In this document: positions 25,268-40,189 of the stretch, piece by piece
Position numbering within the stretch: position 1 is the first letter of the stretch
Layout of the letters: the number at the start of each line of letters is the position of its first letter
NCBI GenBank assembly: GCA_951406725.2
Contig: OX597827.1
Location: 24,614,001 to 24,678,000, forward strand
DNA length: 64,000 nt
Direction of reading: 5' to 3'
Origin: Octopus vulgaris
Lineage: Eukaryota
Notes under the pieces: model-generated
What the model saw: only the letters and a program-made list of their open reading frames with translations
Told to the model about the DNA's origin: nothing
The model's database searches: none
Program-made: the position numbers and the translations under genes

Positions 25268-26005
25268 AAGAAGCTTGCTTCCCAACCTCATGGTTCCAAG
25301 TTCAGTCCCACCCCCGTGGCACCTTGGGCAAGTGTCTTCTACTAAAGCCTATGGCTAACCAAAGCCTTGTGAGTGGATTTAGTAGATGGAAACTGAAAAA
25401 AGCCTGTTCACCGAGGCAATGACCAGTGACCGAGAATTTTTTGGAAGTATGCTGTGCTTGAGAAGACCCGGCAAGCCAAGTGAGACTATAACCTTGTGGC
25501 CTACGCCAGGGGTGTAATCAGTCCACTTATGCATACCTTCCCTTCACTGGACACTGCTTGTGAAGACATGTTGAGGCAAGTGAAAATGGAATCGAAATTA
25601 AATTCGATGACCGGCATCTGTGCTAGTGGAGCACTAAGAGCACCATCTGAGTGTGATTGTTGCCAGGGCGGCTAACTGGCATCCGTGCCAATGGCACGTA
25701 AAAAGCTCCATGTGATCATTACCAGCGTCGCCTGACTGGATCTTGTGCCGGTGTGCAGGTGAAACGTAAAAAAAAACATGATTTTTCCGTGACTGTTGCT
25801 AGTACCGCCTGACTGGCCCTCGTGCTGGTGGCACGTAAAAGCACCCATTACACTATCAGAGTGGTTGGCATTAGGAAGGGCATCCAGCCGTAGAAACTCT
25901 GTCAAATCAAGACTGGAGCATGGTGCAGCCATCTGGTTTGCCAGTCCTCAGTCAAATCATTCAACCCATGCCAGCATGGAAAGCGGCCATTAAACGATAA
26001 ACGAT
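25268..26005 (+). mobile_element. SINE family A head followed by a long family C element
   Basis: A head 25268-25408; C body and tail 25410-26005. Confidence 0.75.
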
Positions 26006-26164
26006 ATATATCTCTTATTATAAAATATATATATAAAATTAACAGAATGAGATAAAAATCCAATATACATAATACATATATATATTTATATATGTGACCT
26101 CATGTGTACTGTTGGGGATTTTTTTTCCTCTGTCTTCACTTCTCTGGATCTTTCCTTCTCCTAT

Positions 26165-26199
26165 GTTTCCGACGAAGAGCTCCGCTCGAAACGTTAAAC
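26165..26199 (+). ncRNA. Minimal hammerhead-like motif with loopless stem III
   Basis: gttt CCGACGA a GAGC-tcc-GCTC GAAAC GTT aaac; stems I and II pair perfectly; U4C variant core. Confidence 0.6.
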
Positions 26200-26282
26200 C
26201 CTCCTTCTTTCCTGAGCGTCCAATAATACTATATTTGTTCCACGTCCTCGCGTTGTGTTTTTTTGTGTTTTCTTGTTTGGAT

Positions 26283-26332
<50 letters not shown>

Positions 26333-26398
26333 CAGTGAAGCTTTACTGTAGCATTGCATATTATTGACTGATATTTCCAGTAAATATTGTTGCACTGT

Positions 26399-26459
<61 letters not shown>

Positions 26460-26460
26460 A

Positions 26461-27017
26461 TATCGGGCTCTCTGGAAAGTTTGTGCCGATTTATAGTAGC
26501 TTACCTTTAGACTTATCTTAGAACATGGTTTAGTCCATAAAACAGGATTTGACTACACCTCCATTTAGAGCACAGTTTAAGCTATCATTTCGTGGAAGAA
26601 GGTTTATGTTCCTATAATCTGTGTTAATTTTGTAACCCTTTAAAATGGAAGATAAGAAAGTTCATTTTCGGCACTTGAGGCTTTGGGAACCAGACAAAAA
26701 TTGCTGCAGCTCGGCTGGGATGTGTTACCCAAACCCGCCATATTCACCAGATGTTGCTCCTTCGGATTTCCACTTATTCAGGTCTCTTCAGAATAGTATT
26801 AATGGTAAAAATTTCAATTCCTTGGATGACGTAAAAAGATACTGTGATGAATTCTTTGCCATGAAACCACCTCAATTCTGGGAAGAGGGTATTTTCAAGT
26901 TAAAGGAAAGATGGAGACACATTGTGCAACAGAATGGTTCATATTTGGTTGATTAAAAATGTAATGGCAAGTATTTATTGACCTTTTTCTTTCCTTTAAA
27001 AATCAGCACAAACCCAA

Positions 27018-27019
<2 letters not shown>
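26461..27019 (+). mobile_element. Internally deleted mariner element
   Basis: TIR-like ends (aaagtttgtgccgattt / aaatcagcacaaac). ORF 26645-26956 joins MEDKKVHFRHL to PPYSPDVAPSDFHLFRSLQ...RWRHIVQQNGSYL. Confidence 0.92.
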
Positions 27020-29517
<2,498 letters not shown>

Positions 29518-29519
29518 AG

Positions 29520-29725
29520 TATGTATGTATGTGTTTGTCCCCCCAACATCACTTGATAACTGATGCTGGTGTGTTTACTTCCCTGTAACCTAGCAGTTCA
29601 CCATAAGAGAGCAATAGAATAAGTACTAGGCTTACAAAGAATAAGTCCTAGGGTCGATTTGTTCGACTAAAGATAATGCTCCAGCATGGCTGCAGTCAAA
29701 TGACTGAAACAAGTGAAAGAATAAA
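29520..29725 (+). mobile_element. SINE family A 3' half
   Basis: Family tail motifs. Confidence 0.85.
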
Positions 29726-29729
29726 AAAA

Positions 29730-29995
29730 ATAGGCACATCTAGAGTATTGATGCTTATTAATTTGTTTTTTTCGTATTTAGCCCAGTTTTAAGTGTTATT
29801 CCGATGCATCTGTAATGTTACTTGTTGATCTTCCCTTTCATTTGTGTGTGTTGTACTCTGTCTAGTTCATCGATTCCGATGTATTTGTAAGTTGGTGTTT
29901 GTTGTAATTCTCTTATCCCATTCGTTATCTAATTGATATTAGTGATCTTAATTAATTTTCCTCTCTTCAAGGTTGCCTTGGCACACTTTCTTTTT
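29730..29995 (-). mobile_element. R4/Dong-clade RT fragment
   Basis: Minus strand KCAKATLKRGKLI...IRELQQTPTYKYIGIDE...LKTGLN...KLISINTLDVP. Confidence 0.7.
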
Positions 29996-30127
29996 CTATG
30001 ATTAAAAAAAAATGTCAGAAATGGCTATTATGACCACCACCACCACCACCACCGCTACCACCACCACCGCTACCACCACCACCACCACTGCCACTGCTGC
30101 CTCCCCCACCACCACCTGCATATTTGA

Positions 30128-30210
30128 AGCTCTGATGCAGCTATAGGGGAGGATGCTCAAGCATTCAACTATGAGTGCGTTGCATCTCATTGCAGAAACA
30201 GCTGTAAGCT
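30128..30210 (+). ncRNA. Degenerate type I hammerhead-like motif with long stem II
   Basis: agct CTGATGC a ... GAAAC AGCT GTA agct; internal pairs gatgc/gcatc and gcattc/gagtgc. Confidence 0.5.
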
Positions 30211-30990
30211 AATGCAGTGCCTGACATAATTTTTTCTTCCTGTTATTCACATTTCTTGACTACACACGCATGCACACACACACACACACACACACAGGCC
30301 TCAAACATACATATATATATATATATATAAAAATATATACGAAATCCTGTTCATACGCTGCTGCTGCTGCTGCCGCTGCTGCTGCTGCTGCCGCTGCAAC
30401 TGCTAATGTTGTAGGATAAATATGTAGCATGACGATAAATAATCAGAACTAGGTGAACAAAAGCCATAAAACTATTCTACACCACCATTACCATCGATGT
30501 GTGTGTGTGTGTGTGTGTGTCTGTGTGTGTGTCATGGCTCACATACTTATAGCAACGACCATTATTGACCAATGCTGGTATGCTTTTGTGAGTGTTCACA
30601 TAAAAATGTCTGCACTCAAGCACACACACACACACACACATACAGACACACATGCGTGTGCACACACACACACAAACAGTCACAAAGCATAAACAGTGGT
30701 TTCAACACAATCTCACCTATGAAAGATGGAGTGTATTGAGCAATATTTCCTACATACCTATGCATGCATGTATGTGTGTAAGTATTGGTCGTTTTGACTG
30801 CTTCTTCTAGCATGTAAAAATTACCTGTTAAAGGTAGTTTTCTCTTGTGTTTAAATGTACACTATTTTAAGTTGAGAATATGTTCTCTATTGACTTTTTA
30901 TACATGCTAGGCCACTGGTAGTGAAATTTCTAAGAATATTCGCTACCCTATATATATATATATCTTACGAATATATATATAGATAGATAT

Positions 30991-31156
30991 AGGCATAGGA
31001 GTGGCTGTGTGGTAAGTAGCTTGCTTACCAACCACATGGTTCCGGGTTCAGTCCCACTGCGTGACACCTTGGGCAGGTGTCTTCTACTATAGCCTTGGGC
31101 CGACCAAAGCCTTGTGAGTGGATTTGATAGATGGAAACTGAAAAAAGCCTGTCATG

Positions 31157-31208
<52 letters not shown>

Positions 31209-31430
31209 TATATATATATACATATATATATACATATATATATATGTGTGTGTGTGTGTGTGTACATGTTGCCTGACAACCGATGCTGGTGTGTTTGCAT
31301 CCCCGTAACTTAGCGGTTCAGCAAAACAGACCGATAGAATAAGTACTAGGCTTACAAAGAATAAGTCCTGGGGGCGATTTGCTTAACTTAAGGTGGAGCT
31401 CCAGCATGGCCACAGTCACATGACTGAAAC
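30991..31430 (+). mobile_element. SINE family A
   Basis: Full-length, low divergence. Confidence 0.92.
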
Positions 31431-32526
31431 ACACATTTCTATAAAGTGAATATGTGAGTGAGAAAATGAGAGGAGAGGATTAGCAGATGTAAACCACTTT
31501 TTTCTGGCCCTTTTTCCTCGAAATAGCTGCCCAATTCCTTAATATCACATCGTATTGTCTTAACACAAGAAGGACCAACTGAACAATGCGACCCTTGACA
31601 CTCAAAAAAGATGAGATCTTCAGGGATGGGATGCTCATAGCTGACCGAGGGTTAAACAACACAAACAACAGAAACCACCACCACCACCACCACCATCACT
31701 ACTGTCAACAGTACACCCTCGCCCCCACCATACCACAGAGCACATTGCAATGTAATGGTTGCTAAGCAAGCACAAGTTCAAATAACAGTGACGATGACGG
31801 ACCCCCATTATCACCACCACCACCACCTCTGTCACCGCCTCTGCCACTGCCTCCACCTCTGACTCCGCCACTGCCTCCACCTCTGCCTCCGCCACTGCCT
31901 TTGCCATCACCTCCACCACCACTTCCGCTACCACTGTCATCATCATCATCATCATCATCAACACATCATCCTCATTGTCGTCCTCATCCTCATCATCGTC
32001 CTCACCATCATCACCACCACCACCACCACCACCACCGGCATCGCATCCTATATCATTCTCCTACCACTGATCCCCATTCCACCCCAACAGTTCAGCTGAG
32101 CATGTTTAAGCGTAATGGTTGCTAGGCAAGCTCAGTGAACTCAGGGAACAACAACAACATATCACTACCACCACCACCACCATCACCATCACTACCACTA
32201 CCATTGCTGTTGTCTCCACCCCCATTGCTGTTGTCTCCACCCCCATCTAATAAAAGAGCCTCTGCACAATTGCTCAAAATAGAAGCTAAATCCCCTCAGA
32301 TTACACCTTGTATTACCTCAAAAAAATAAAGAAATAAAGAATGCCTTTCGTTGGATTTCTGTAGTCATTGTTGACTTGGGGCTAAACAGTTGAAGTAATC
32401 ATCCACTTCAATTGACGTATTTAATGTCTACTTGTAGTTCTATTATTATTATTATCATCATCATCATCATCATTATAAATATTATTATTAATATTATTAC
32501 TAATATTATTATTATTATGATTATTA

Positions 32527-32557
<31 letters not shown>

Positions 32558-33139
32558 TTATATTATTATTATTATTATTTCTATTTCTACCTTGAAACAG
32601 GTTTCTTGATAAAAACATATTTACATTTAAAAGGGGCCCCAGTAGGAGAGGGTTACTGTGAGGGGTGGTAGTGAAATCAGTTTCAGAGGCATGCATGTAC
32701 ATGCGCTCATACGCACACAGATGCAGACACACTTATACGTACACAAATATAGAAGCACACACATACACACACACATACACACACACACAATCACACGGCA
32801 TACGCACATACTCACACTTACATACACTTGCATACATACACATATATGCATATACACATGCCACAAACATGTGAACTTATGCACACACATTTGCATACAT
32901 TTGCACCTACACATGTATACATCAAGGTTTATTTACACACACATGCAGAAACACAAAGACGTACACATACATATGTACTTAAATTTATACACACACACAC
33001 ATAGCATACCTATACATGCATACAGATACATATGCACACATATATAAATGCATGCATACACACATATACATGTGTATATGTGTGCACATACACAAAAGCA
33101 TATGCGTACACAAGCTCACACACATACGCATGCACATAC

Positions 33140-33467
33140 ATAACTGGCGCTCTGCCGGTTACAATGACGAGGGTTCCAGTTCATCCTGTCAACGGAACAA
33201 CCTGCTCATAAAATTACGATGCAAGTGGCTGAGCACTCCACAGACATGTGTAACCTTAATGTAGTTCCTGGGGAGATTCATCCTGACACAGAGTGTGACA
33301 TGGCTGGCTCTTTGAATTAGGGGTACAACACATTTTTGCCAGCTGAGTGGACTGGAAAAAAGTGAAATAAAGTGCCTTGCTCAAGAGCACAATGTGTTGC
33401 TGGCAATTGAACTCACAACCTGATGATCAAGAGTCAAGTACCCTAACCAGTAAGTCACGTGCCTTCA
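33140..33467 (-). mobile_element. SINE family E
   Basis: Reverse complement of the 24700-25013 family. Confidence 0.8.
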
Positions 33468-33489
33468 CATACATGCCTATATACAAGGG

Positions 33490-33880
33490 TTGCTGGCAGA
33501 AACGTTAGCACTCTGGGCGAAATGAGTAGCTGTATTTTGTCTGCTGCTACGTTCTGAGTTGAAATTCTGCCGAGGTCGACTTTGCCTTTCAGAGGTGATA
33601 AATTAAGTACCGGTTACGCACTGGGGTCGATGTAATCGACTTAATCCGTTTGTCTGTCCTTGTTTGTCCCCTCTGTGTTTAGCCCCTTGTGGGTAGTAAA
33701 GATATAGGTATTTCGTCTGCTGTTACATTCTGAGTTCAAATTCCACCGAGGTTGACTTTGCCTTTCATTCTTTTGGGGTTGATTAAATAAGAACCAGTTA
33801 CACACTGGGGTTGATGTAATCGACTTAATCCTTTTGTTTGTCCCCACTATGTTTATCCTCCTGTGGGCAATAAAGAAATA
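33490..33880 (+). mobile_element. SINE family B tandem dimer
   Basis: Two consecutive units gtatttcgtctg...ttctgagttcaaattc...ctggggtcgatgtaatcgac. Confidence 0.85.
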
Positions 33881-33994
33881 TATATACAAACACATGCATA
33901 CACATTCATTCACATACAGATACACATATCTATAGTCACCTATACACACAGATAGGAACGAAATGCAAAGATTCTAACATGAAACATCTCTGTT

Positions 33995-34870
33995 TAGAAA
34001 AAGAATTTTCCAAGAGAGAGATCACCCTCTTCAGTCTTCTGCTTGGTATTAACAACGTTAACCAACATGTTAAACCAAACTGGAATAAGATAAAATGCTT
34101 TGGGAGGACAGTCAAACATCTTTTGTACATGGATTATGTTGCGTGATGCAGATGATAAAACAACTAGAAACACTGCTACACATAGTGCAAGGATTTATCA
34201 AAGAAATTGTAATAAGATTTGAATTAGAAAAATCCACTGAAACAAACTTAAAAGGAGAAAAATTAATTATCAACGTTAATGATATGTGAGATAAAGAGAT
34301 GGAAATAAGAGAATTAGATGAAGCAAAGGTTTGCAAATATTTAAAAATTAAAGAAAAAGACAGTACACAATATAGATACAGAAAAGAAAAAGTAATGAAG
34401 TAATATTATTGATATGTTAGATTGATATTTAAAGAGGGTTAAATGCAAAATATAAGGTAATAGGCTGTATTAAGCCAGCTATCAGAGTTATAAGTTATAT
34501 TCTCAGTTGGATGAAAATGAACTAGCAAGACTAAGGAGAAAAACAAATGAAAAAATTGTTTTTTAATTTAGGAACAAACCAGAAAATTTGAGGAGAGGGG
34601 CTTAGTTTAATCTATCAAGTCCTGTGCCTGACTGCTACTTTATTTTATTGACCATGAAAAGATAAAAGGCAACGTTGACCTCTGCAGGATTTGAACTTAG
34701 AAGTTTAAGGCTCAGAACAAATACTGCATAGCATTCCTTTTTTCTGATACTCTAACAGTTCTGTCACTTCACTGACTTAAACAAATACCCAAATAATGAC
34801 TACTTTTAGAATATACACCACCCAAAATCTGACAAAGAAAGTTCATATTTACCCAGAAAGCAGGTTATTA
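33995..34870 (+). mobile_element. Decayed R4/Dong-clade RT region, interrupted by a SINE B (~34570-34780)
   Basis: RIFQ, VKHLLYMD, QLETLLHIVQGFIKEIVIRFELEK, IRELDEAKVCKYL and HHPKSD...YLPRK motifs. Confidence 0.7.
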
Positions 34871-35186
34871 TGTAACCAGAAAACAATTGTGAAATGCTTG
34901 AACGATGAGAAAAATAGTTAATAAAGGAGAAGAAAATAAATAATAATAGAAACAGCTAGAGAATATAAACAAAACAGAAGACTATTTACTGTTGTTCAAG
35001 GAAGCCCATAACAAGCTAACAATGGCTGAAGTGAGAGAGACTGGGCCAGAGAGAAAGGAGAAACAACAAGAGACATTGGGGGAAAAGTTAAAGATTAAAC
35101 TAGAAATAGGCTTACAGGATGTCATGGTAAAGGAATGCCTGGAAAAAGCTCCAGTATGGGCTACAGCTGAAGAAACTGAACAGGAT

Positions 35187-35445
35187 GTATACAGATAAAC
35201 AAGATAGACAAATAGAGTATATATAGATATACAGGGTGTATATAAATAAACAAGATAGACAAACAGAATATATATAGATAAACAGGGTGTATATAAACAA
35301 GATAGACAAATAGAGTACATATAAACAGGGTGTATATAGATAAAGAAGATAGACAAATAGAGTATATATAAACAGGGTGTATATAAACAAACAGGGTGTA
35401 TATAGACAAACAAGGTGTATATTGATAAACAGGGTGTATATAGAT
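35187..35445. repeat. Minisatellite of gataaacagggtgtatata / aaacaagatagacaaatagagtata units
   Basis: Directly visible composite tandem repeat. Confidence 0.85.
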
Positions 35446-35449
35446 AGTG

Positions 35450-35728
35450 AAGGTGCATGGCTTAATGGTTAGGGGATTTGGCTCATGATCATAGGGTCAT
35501 GAATTGAATACACAGAAGCTCATTGAGTTCTTGAGTAAGATACTTTATTGCGTGTTGCTCCAGTCAACTCAGCTGGCAAAAATGAGCTGTACCTGTAATA
35601 TCGAAGGGGCCAGCCTTGTCACACTCTGTGTCCAACTGAATCTCCCTGGGAACTATGTTAAGGGTATGCATGTCTGTGGAGTACTCAGCCACTTGTACAT
35701 TAATTTCATGAGCAGGCTGTACTGTTGA
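35450..35728 (+). mobile_element. SINE family E
   Basis: TGGCTTAATGG head and family core. Confidence 0.8.
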
Positions 35729-35949
35729 TCTGATGTTTTATAAAGATTTTGTTGTACTACTTGGTGTAAAAGAAGATTTGCTCCACTGTTGTCCTTCCAT
35801 AAGCAGAGATTTATAATTTTTCTCTTTGCCTTCCATTCTAAATTGGTTCCTACAGCAAAGAAATGCTGTTGAGTTTTACAAAACTCTCCAACCTACATAT
35901 TTTTCTTATAACTGTGAATAACTGTAAATATTCATGTTTTTCTTATAAC

Positions 35950-36643
35950 CAACGTCGACTTACTGGCACTTGAGCCCCGTGCTAGTAGGATATTAAGAGC
36001 ACCATCCAAGCGTGATCGTTGCCAGAGCAGCTATCTAGCCTCCATGCCGGTGGCACATAAAAGGCACCATTCGAGCGTGATCGTTACCAGCATCGCCTTA
36101 CTGGCACTTGAGCCCTGTGCTAGTAGGGTATTAAGAGCTCCATCCAAGCATGATCGTTACTAGAGCGGCTATCTGGCCTCCATGCCGGTGGCACGTAAAA
36201 GGCACCATTCAAGCATGATGGTTACCAGCATCGCCTTACTGGCACTCGAGTCCCATGCTAGTAGGTTATTAAGAGCACCATCCGAGCATGATCATTGCCA
36301 GAGCGGCTATCTGGCCTCCGTGCCGATGGCATGTAAAAGACACCATTCAAGCACAACCGTTAACAGCATCACCTTACTGGCACCTGTGCCGGTGGCATGT
36401 GTAAAAGATTCGAGCAAGGTCGTTGCCAGTACTGCCTGACTGGCCCTGTGCCAGTGGCACGTAAAAAGTACCCACAACACTCTCGGAGTGGTTGGCATTA
36501 GGAAGGGCATCCAGCTGTAGAAACTCTGCCAGATCAAGATTGAAGCCTGGTGCAGCCATCTGGTTCACCAGCCCTCAGTCATTTGTCCAACCCATGCTAG
36601 CATGGAAAGCGGACATTAAATGATGATGATGATGATGATGATG
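35950..36643 (+). mobile_element. SINE family C with three 138-bp internal tandem repeats
   Basis: tactggcac recurs at 35961, 36099, 36237 and 36375; (GAT)n tail. Confidence 0.88.
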
Positions 36644-37168
36644 AAATCTAAAAAAATTCTGTTTGTTTAGTTTGTATTAAGAGAAGACTTACTTTAACAC
36701 AACTTTATGAATGGATTATAGTGTTTGACTTTGTGTAAGAGTTGTTACAGCAGTTGTTGTTGATACTTCTATCACTATCTTAAAAATTATCTGTTTGAGC
36801 GTTTGGAATATTTTTTTTCTGTTATAAGGTCCATTAAACTGTCCATTTTTTCACTTCTTTTGCTTTTGTGTTCCTTGTGTCTTGCTCTTGTAATGCTCAG
36901 TTTTGTAGCATAAGATAATTTTGGTAACTGCTTCAGATGTGAAAACAATGTGTATAAATATAAAATTAAAGTTTGTAAATTAACCCCATTTTTGTTTTTT
37001 TTAGTTTGTTTTTTGTTTTCTATTCTTTAGGTAATTATAGCTTTTTCATGAGGCATTCTCAAGAGATTTTCATTTGGTAATGCTTGAATAAATCTTGTCT
37101 TGGAGAGAGATGGAAATGATGACTTTTTTGTCTTTTAACAAAAGTTGAACACAACAACAATGATAGGA

Positions 37169-37222
<54 letters not shown>

Positions 37223-37249
37223 GCAGCAACAACCGCAACAACAACAATA

Positions 37250-37806
37250 AAATGCAGTAAGCTTGCACAAGACCGCCTCACTAAGAGAGTGTCTAGAGAT
37301 GTTAGACAAGTGTGTGAATTGAAAGTGAGAGAAAAATGGTAGGAGTGCCAGCGAGAAGCTCAAATGGTGAATTATAATTGCAGGATTTTATAGGATGTCT
37401 TCATAAAAGCTGGTTATAATAATGAAACAAGGAGACTAGATATGATTGAAGTTGTCATGTAAAAGAAAAACTGTAAGACCTAGACTTTGCAATGGCAAAT
37501 GGTAAAAGGGTGGAGGAAAAACGAAATTGAGAAATGTGAGAAATATGAAGATCTAGCCAGAAAGAGACTGGAAGACAAAGACGAGAATTGATCCCATGGT
37601 AGACTGGGGCATTTGGCACAAAACCCAAACTGTTACCTAAAAGACTGAAAAGATTATCTACATTGTTTACATTGGATAGATATTTGTCCTCATTTTGTTT
37701 GTTGTTAACACAACATTTCAGCTGATATACCCTCCAGTCTTCATCAGGTGTCTTGGGGAAATTTCGAACCTGGGTTCTCATTCCTAAAGTGTTTTTCAAT
37801 GTTATA

Positions 37807-37873
<67 letters not shown>

Positions 37874-38030
37874 TCACTGCCTAGAATCAAACTCAGAATC
37901 TTGGGCATATGGCGTAGTGGTTAAGTGCATTTTAGACCTGTAGAAAAGTGCAATTCTATATTCTGCAAGAATCCTAAGAAAAATTCTTGAGATTTGAAGA
38001 GAATATGGCCACCAAACATCCTTGCTAACT
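37250..38030 (+). mobile_element. R4/Dong-clade 3' fragment interrupted by a hammerhead-bearing SINE
   Basis: CSKLAQ, LDFA, EKCEKYEDLA, GAFGTKPKLLPKRLK [insertion] DL*KSAILYSARILRKILEI*. Confidence 0.78.
37655..37928 (-). mobile_element. tRNA-head/(AAT)n/hammerhead SINE-like element (family H) with inverted 5' end
   Basis: Minus strand: B-box segment, (AAT)n, tail with gacac CTGATGA...GAAAT GTT gtgtt (37707-37752). A-box segment TGGCGTAGTGGTTAAG is flipped to plus at ~37905-37928. Confidence 0.7.
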
Positions 38031-38280
38031 AATATAGCAGGTAATAGTGATGATGATGACAACGACAACAACAACAATAATAATAATACTTCTACTATGG
38101 GTACAAGGCCTGAAATTTTGGGGGAGGGGCCAGTTGATTAGATTGATCTCAGTACACAACTGGTACTTAATTTATCTACCGGAAAAGGATGAAAAGCAAA
38201 ATTGACCTTGGTGGAACCATAAAAATGATGATGATGATAACAACAACAACAAAACAATAATAATGATGATAATAACAATA

Positions 38281-38903
38281 GGCGCAGGAGTGACTGTGTG
38301 GTAAGTAGCTTGCTTACCAACCACATGGTTCCGGGTTCATTCCCACTGCGTGGCACCTTGGGCAAGTGTCTTCTACTATAGCCTCGGGCCAACCAAAGCC
38401 TTGTGAGTGGATTTGGGAGATGGAAACTGAAGGAAGACCGTCGTATATATGTATATACATATGTATGTATGTATATATATATATATATATACTCTTTACT
38501 CTCTTTTACTTGTTTCAGTCATTTGACTGCGGCCATGCTGGAGCACCGCCTTAAATCGAGCAACTCGACCCCTGAACTTATTCTTTTGTAAGCCCAGTAC
38601 TTATTCTATCGGTCTCTTTTACCGAACCGCTAAGAAACGGGGACATAAACACACCAGCATCGGTTGTCAAGCAATGCTAGGGAGACAATCACAGACACAC
38701 AAACACACACACGCATATATATATATACATATATACGACGGGCTTCTTTCAGTTTCCGTCTACCAAATCCACTCACAAGGCTTTGGTCGGCCCGAGGCTA
38801 TAGCAGAAGACACTTGCCCAGGGTGCCACGCAGTGGGACTGAACCCGGAACCATGTGGTTGGTTAGCAAGCTACTTACCACACAGCCACTCCTGCGCCTA
38901 TAC

Positions 38904-38965
<62 letters not shown>

Positions 38966-39189
38966 GTGTGTGTATATGTTTGTGTCTGTTTGTCCCCCCA
39001 ACATCGTTTGACAACTGATGCTGGTGTGTTTACATCCCCGTAACTTAGCGGTTTGGCAAAAGAGACCGATAGAATAAGTACTAGGCTTACAAAGAATAAG
39101 TCCTGGGGTCGATTTGCTCGACTAAAGGTGGTGTTCCAGCATGGCCGCAGTCAAATGGCTGAAACAAGTAAAAGAGAGTAAAAGAGAGT
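38281..39189 (+). mobile_element. SINE family A (outer copy)
   Basis: Head 38281-38445, tail 38975-39189. Confidence 0.9.
38490..38898 (-). mobile_element. SINE family A (inner copy, inverted, full length)
   Basis: Complete reverse-complement copy inside the outer copy's (TA)n. Confidence 0.92.
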
Positions 39190-39319
39190 AACAGCTACAA
39201 TAAGGATTTCCTTTATTGGTCACAAGAACCCAAGACATTGAGAACAATACAAGCATGAAATACGAATGTATAATACAAGATAACAGTGTGTTTATATCAA
39301 GTAAAATGAAATCAACAAA

Positions 39320-40090
39320 AACAAGAGGACTCTGAGAGCACAAACCTCTACTAAGGTAACACCAACATCCTCTCAACGATTAGCCTGAGATGATTTTAAA
39401 ATGAGAATATCTGAAACAAACTCCACTGCTCTCACAAACGAGAATACTAAAAATGAACCTGATCGCTTTTAAAAATTAAGTAAAAATCCAGGAAAAATAA
39501 TCCAGAACCCTTGTCCAGTACCAGATCAATCCCAAAATCTAATCAGTTTGTGCCAGTCATGAGGTGAAACACCTCTGAAAGTTTCATCCAAATCCATCCA
39601 GTGGTTCTTGAGATATTTTATCCATGTACAAACAAACATGAGTGGAAACAAAACCTCTGCCTTAGCGAAGGTAGAGGTAATAATAATGATAATAATAATA
39701 ATAATAATAATAACAACAACAACAACAAGAGCACTCATAGAGTGCAAACCTCCACCAAGGCAACACCAATGTCCTCTCAACGATTAGCAAGAGATGATTT
39801 TAAAAATGAGAATATCAGAAATAAACTCGACTGCTCTCACAAGCAAGAATACTAATAATGAACCTGACAGCTCTCAAAAGTAAAAAAAAAAAAACAGGAA
39901 AAATAATCCAGAATTCTTGTCCGGTACTGGATCAATCCCAAAATCTAATCAGTTTGTGCCAGTTATGAAGCCAAACATCACTGAAAGTTTCATCCAAATT
40001 CATCCAGTTGTTCTTGAGATATCTTGTCCACAGACAAACAAACAAACACAACTGAAAACAATACCTCCACCTTCGCTAAGGCAGATGTAA
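39320..40090 (+). mobile_element. Two tandem non-autonomous Helentron-like elements
   Basis: Units ~39320-39680 and ~39724-40090. Start aacaagagcactca.agagtgcaaacctcc.ccaagg; end hairpin acctc(t/c)gcctt...aagg.agaggt; internal aagtttcatccaaat. Confidence 0.65.
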
Positions 40091-40189
40091 TAAAGGATAA
40101 AAGTAAAAATTCAACCAAAAAAAAAAAAAAATTTCCCAGTAGTAGAGAAAAGCCTTCTAAAAAAATTAGGTGACCCCCACCCCATCCTT

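Noticed and set aside
35961-36400. CRISPR-like repeat-spacer array
   Set aside because: Whole 138-bp units repeat with no unique spacers; inside a eukaryotic SINE; no cas genes.
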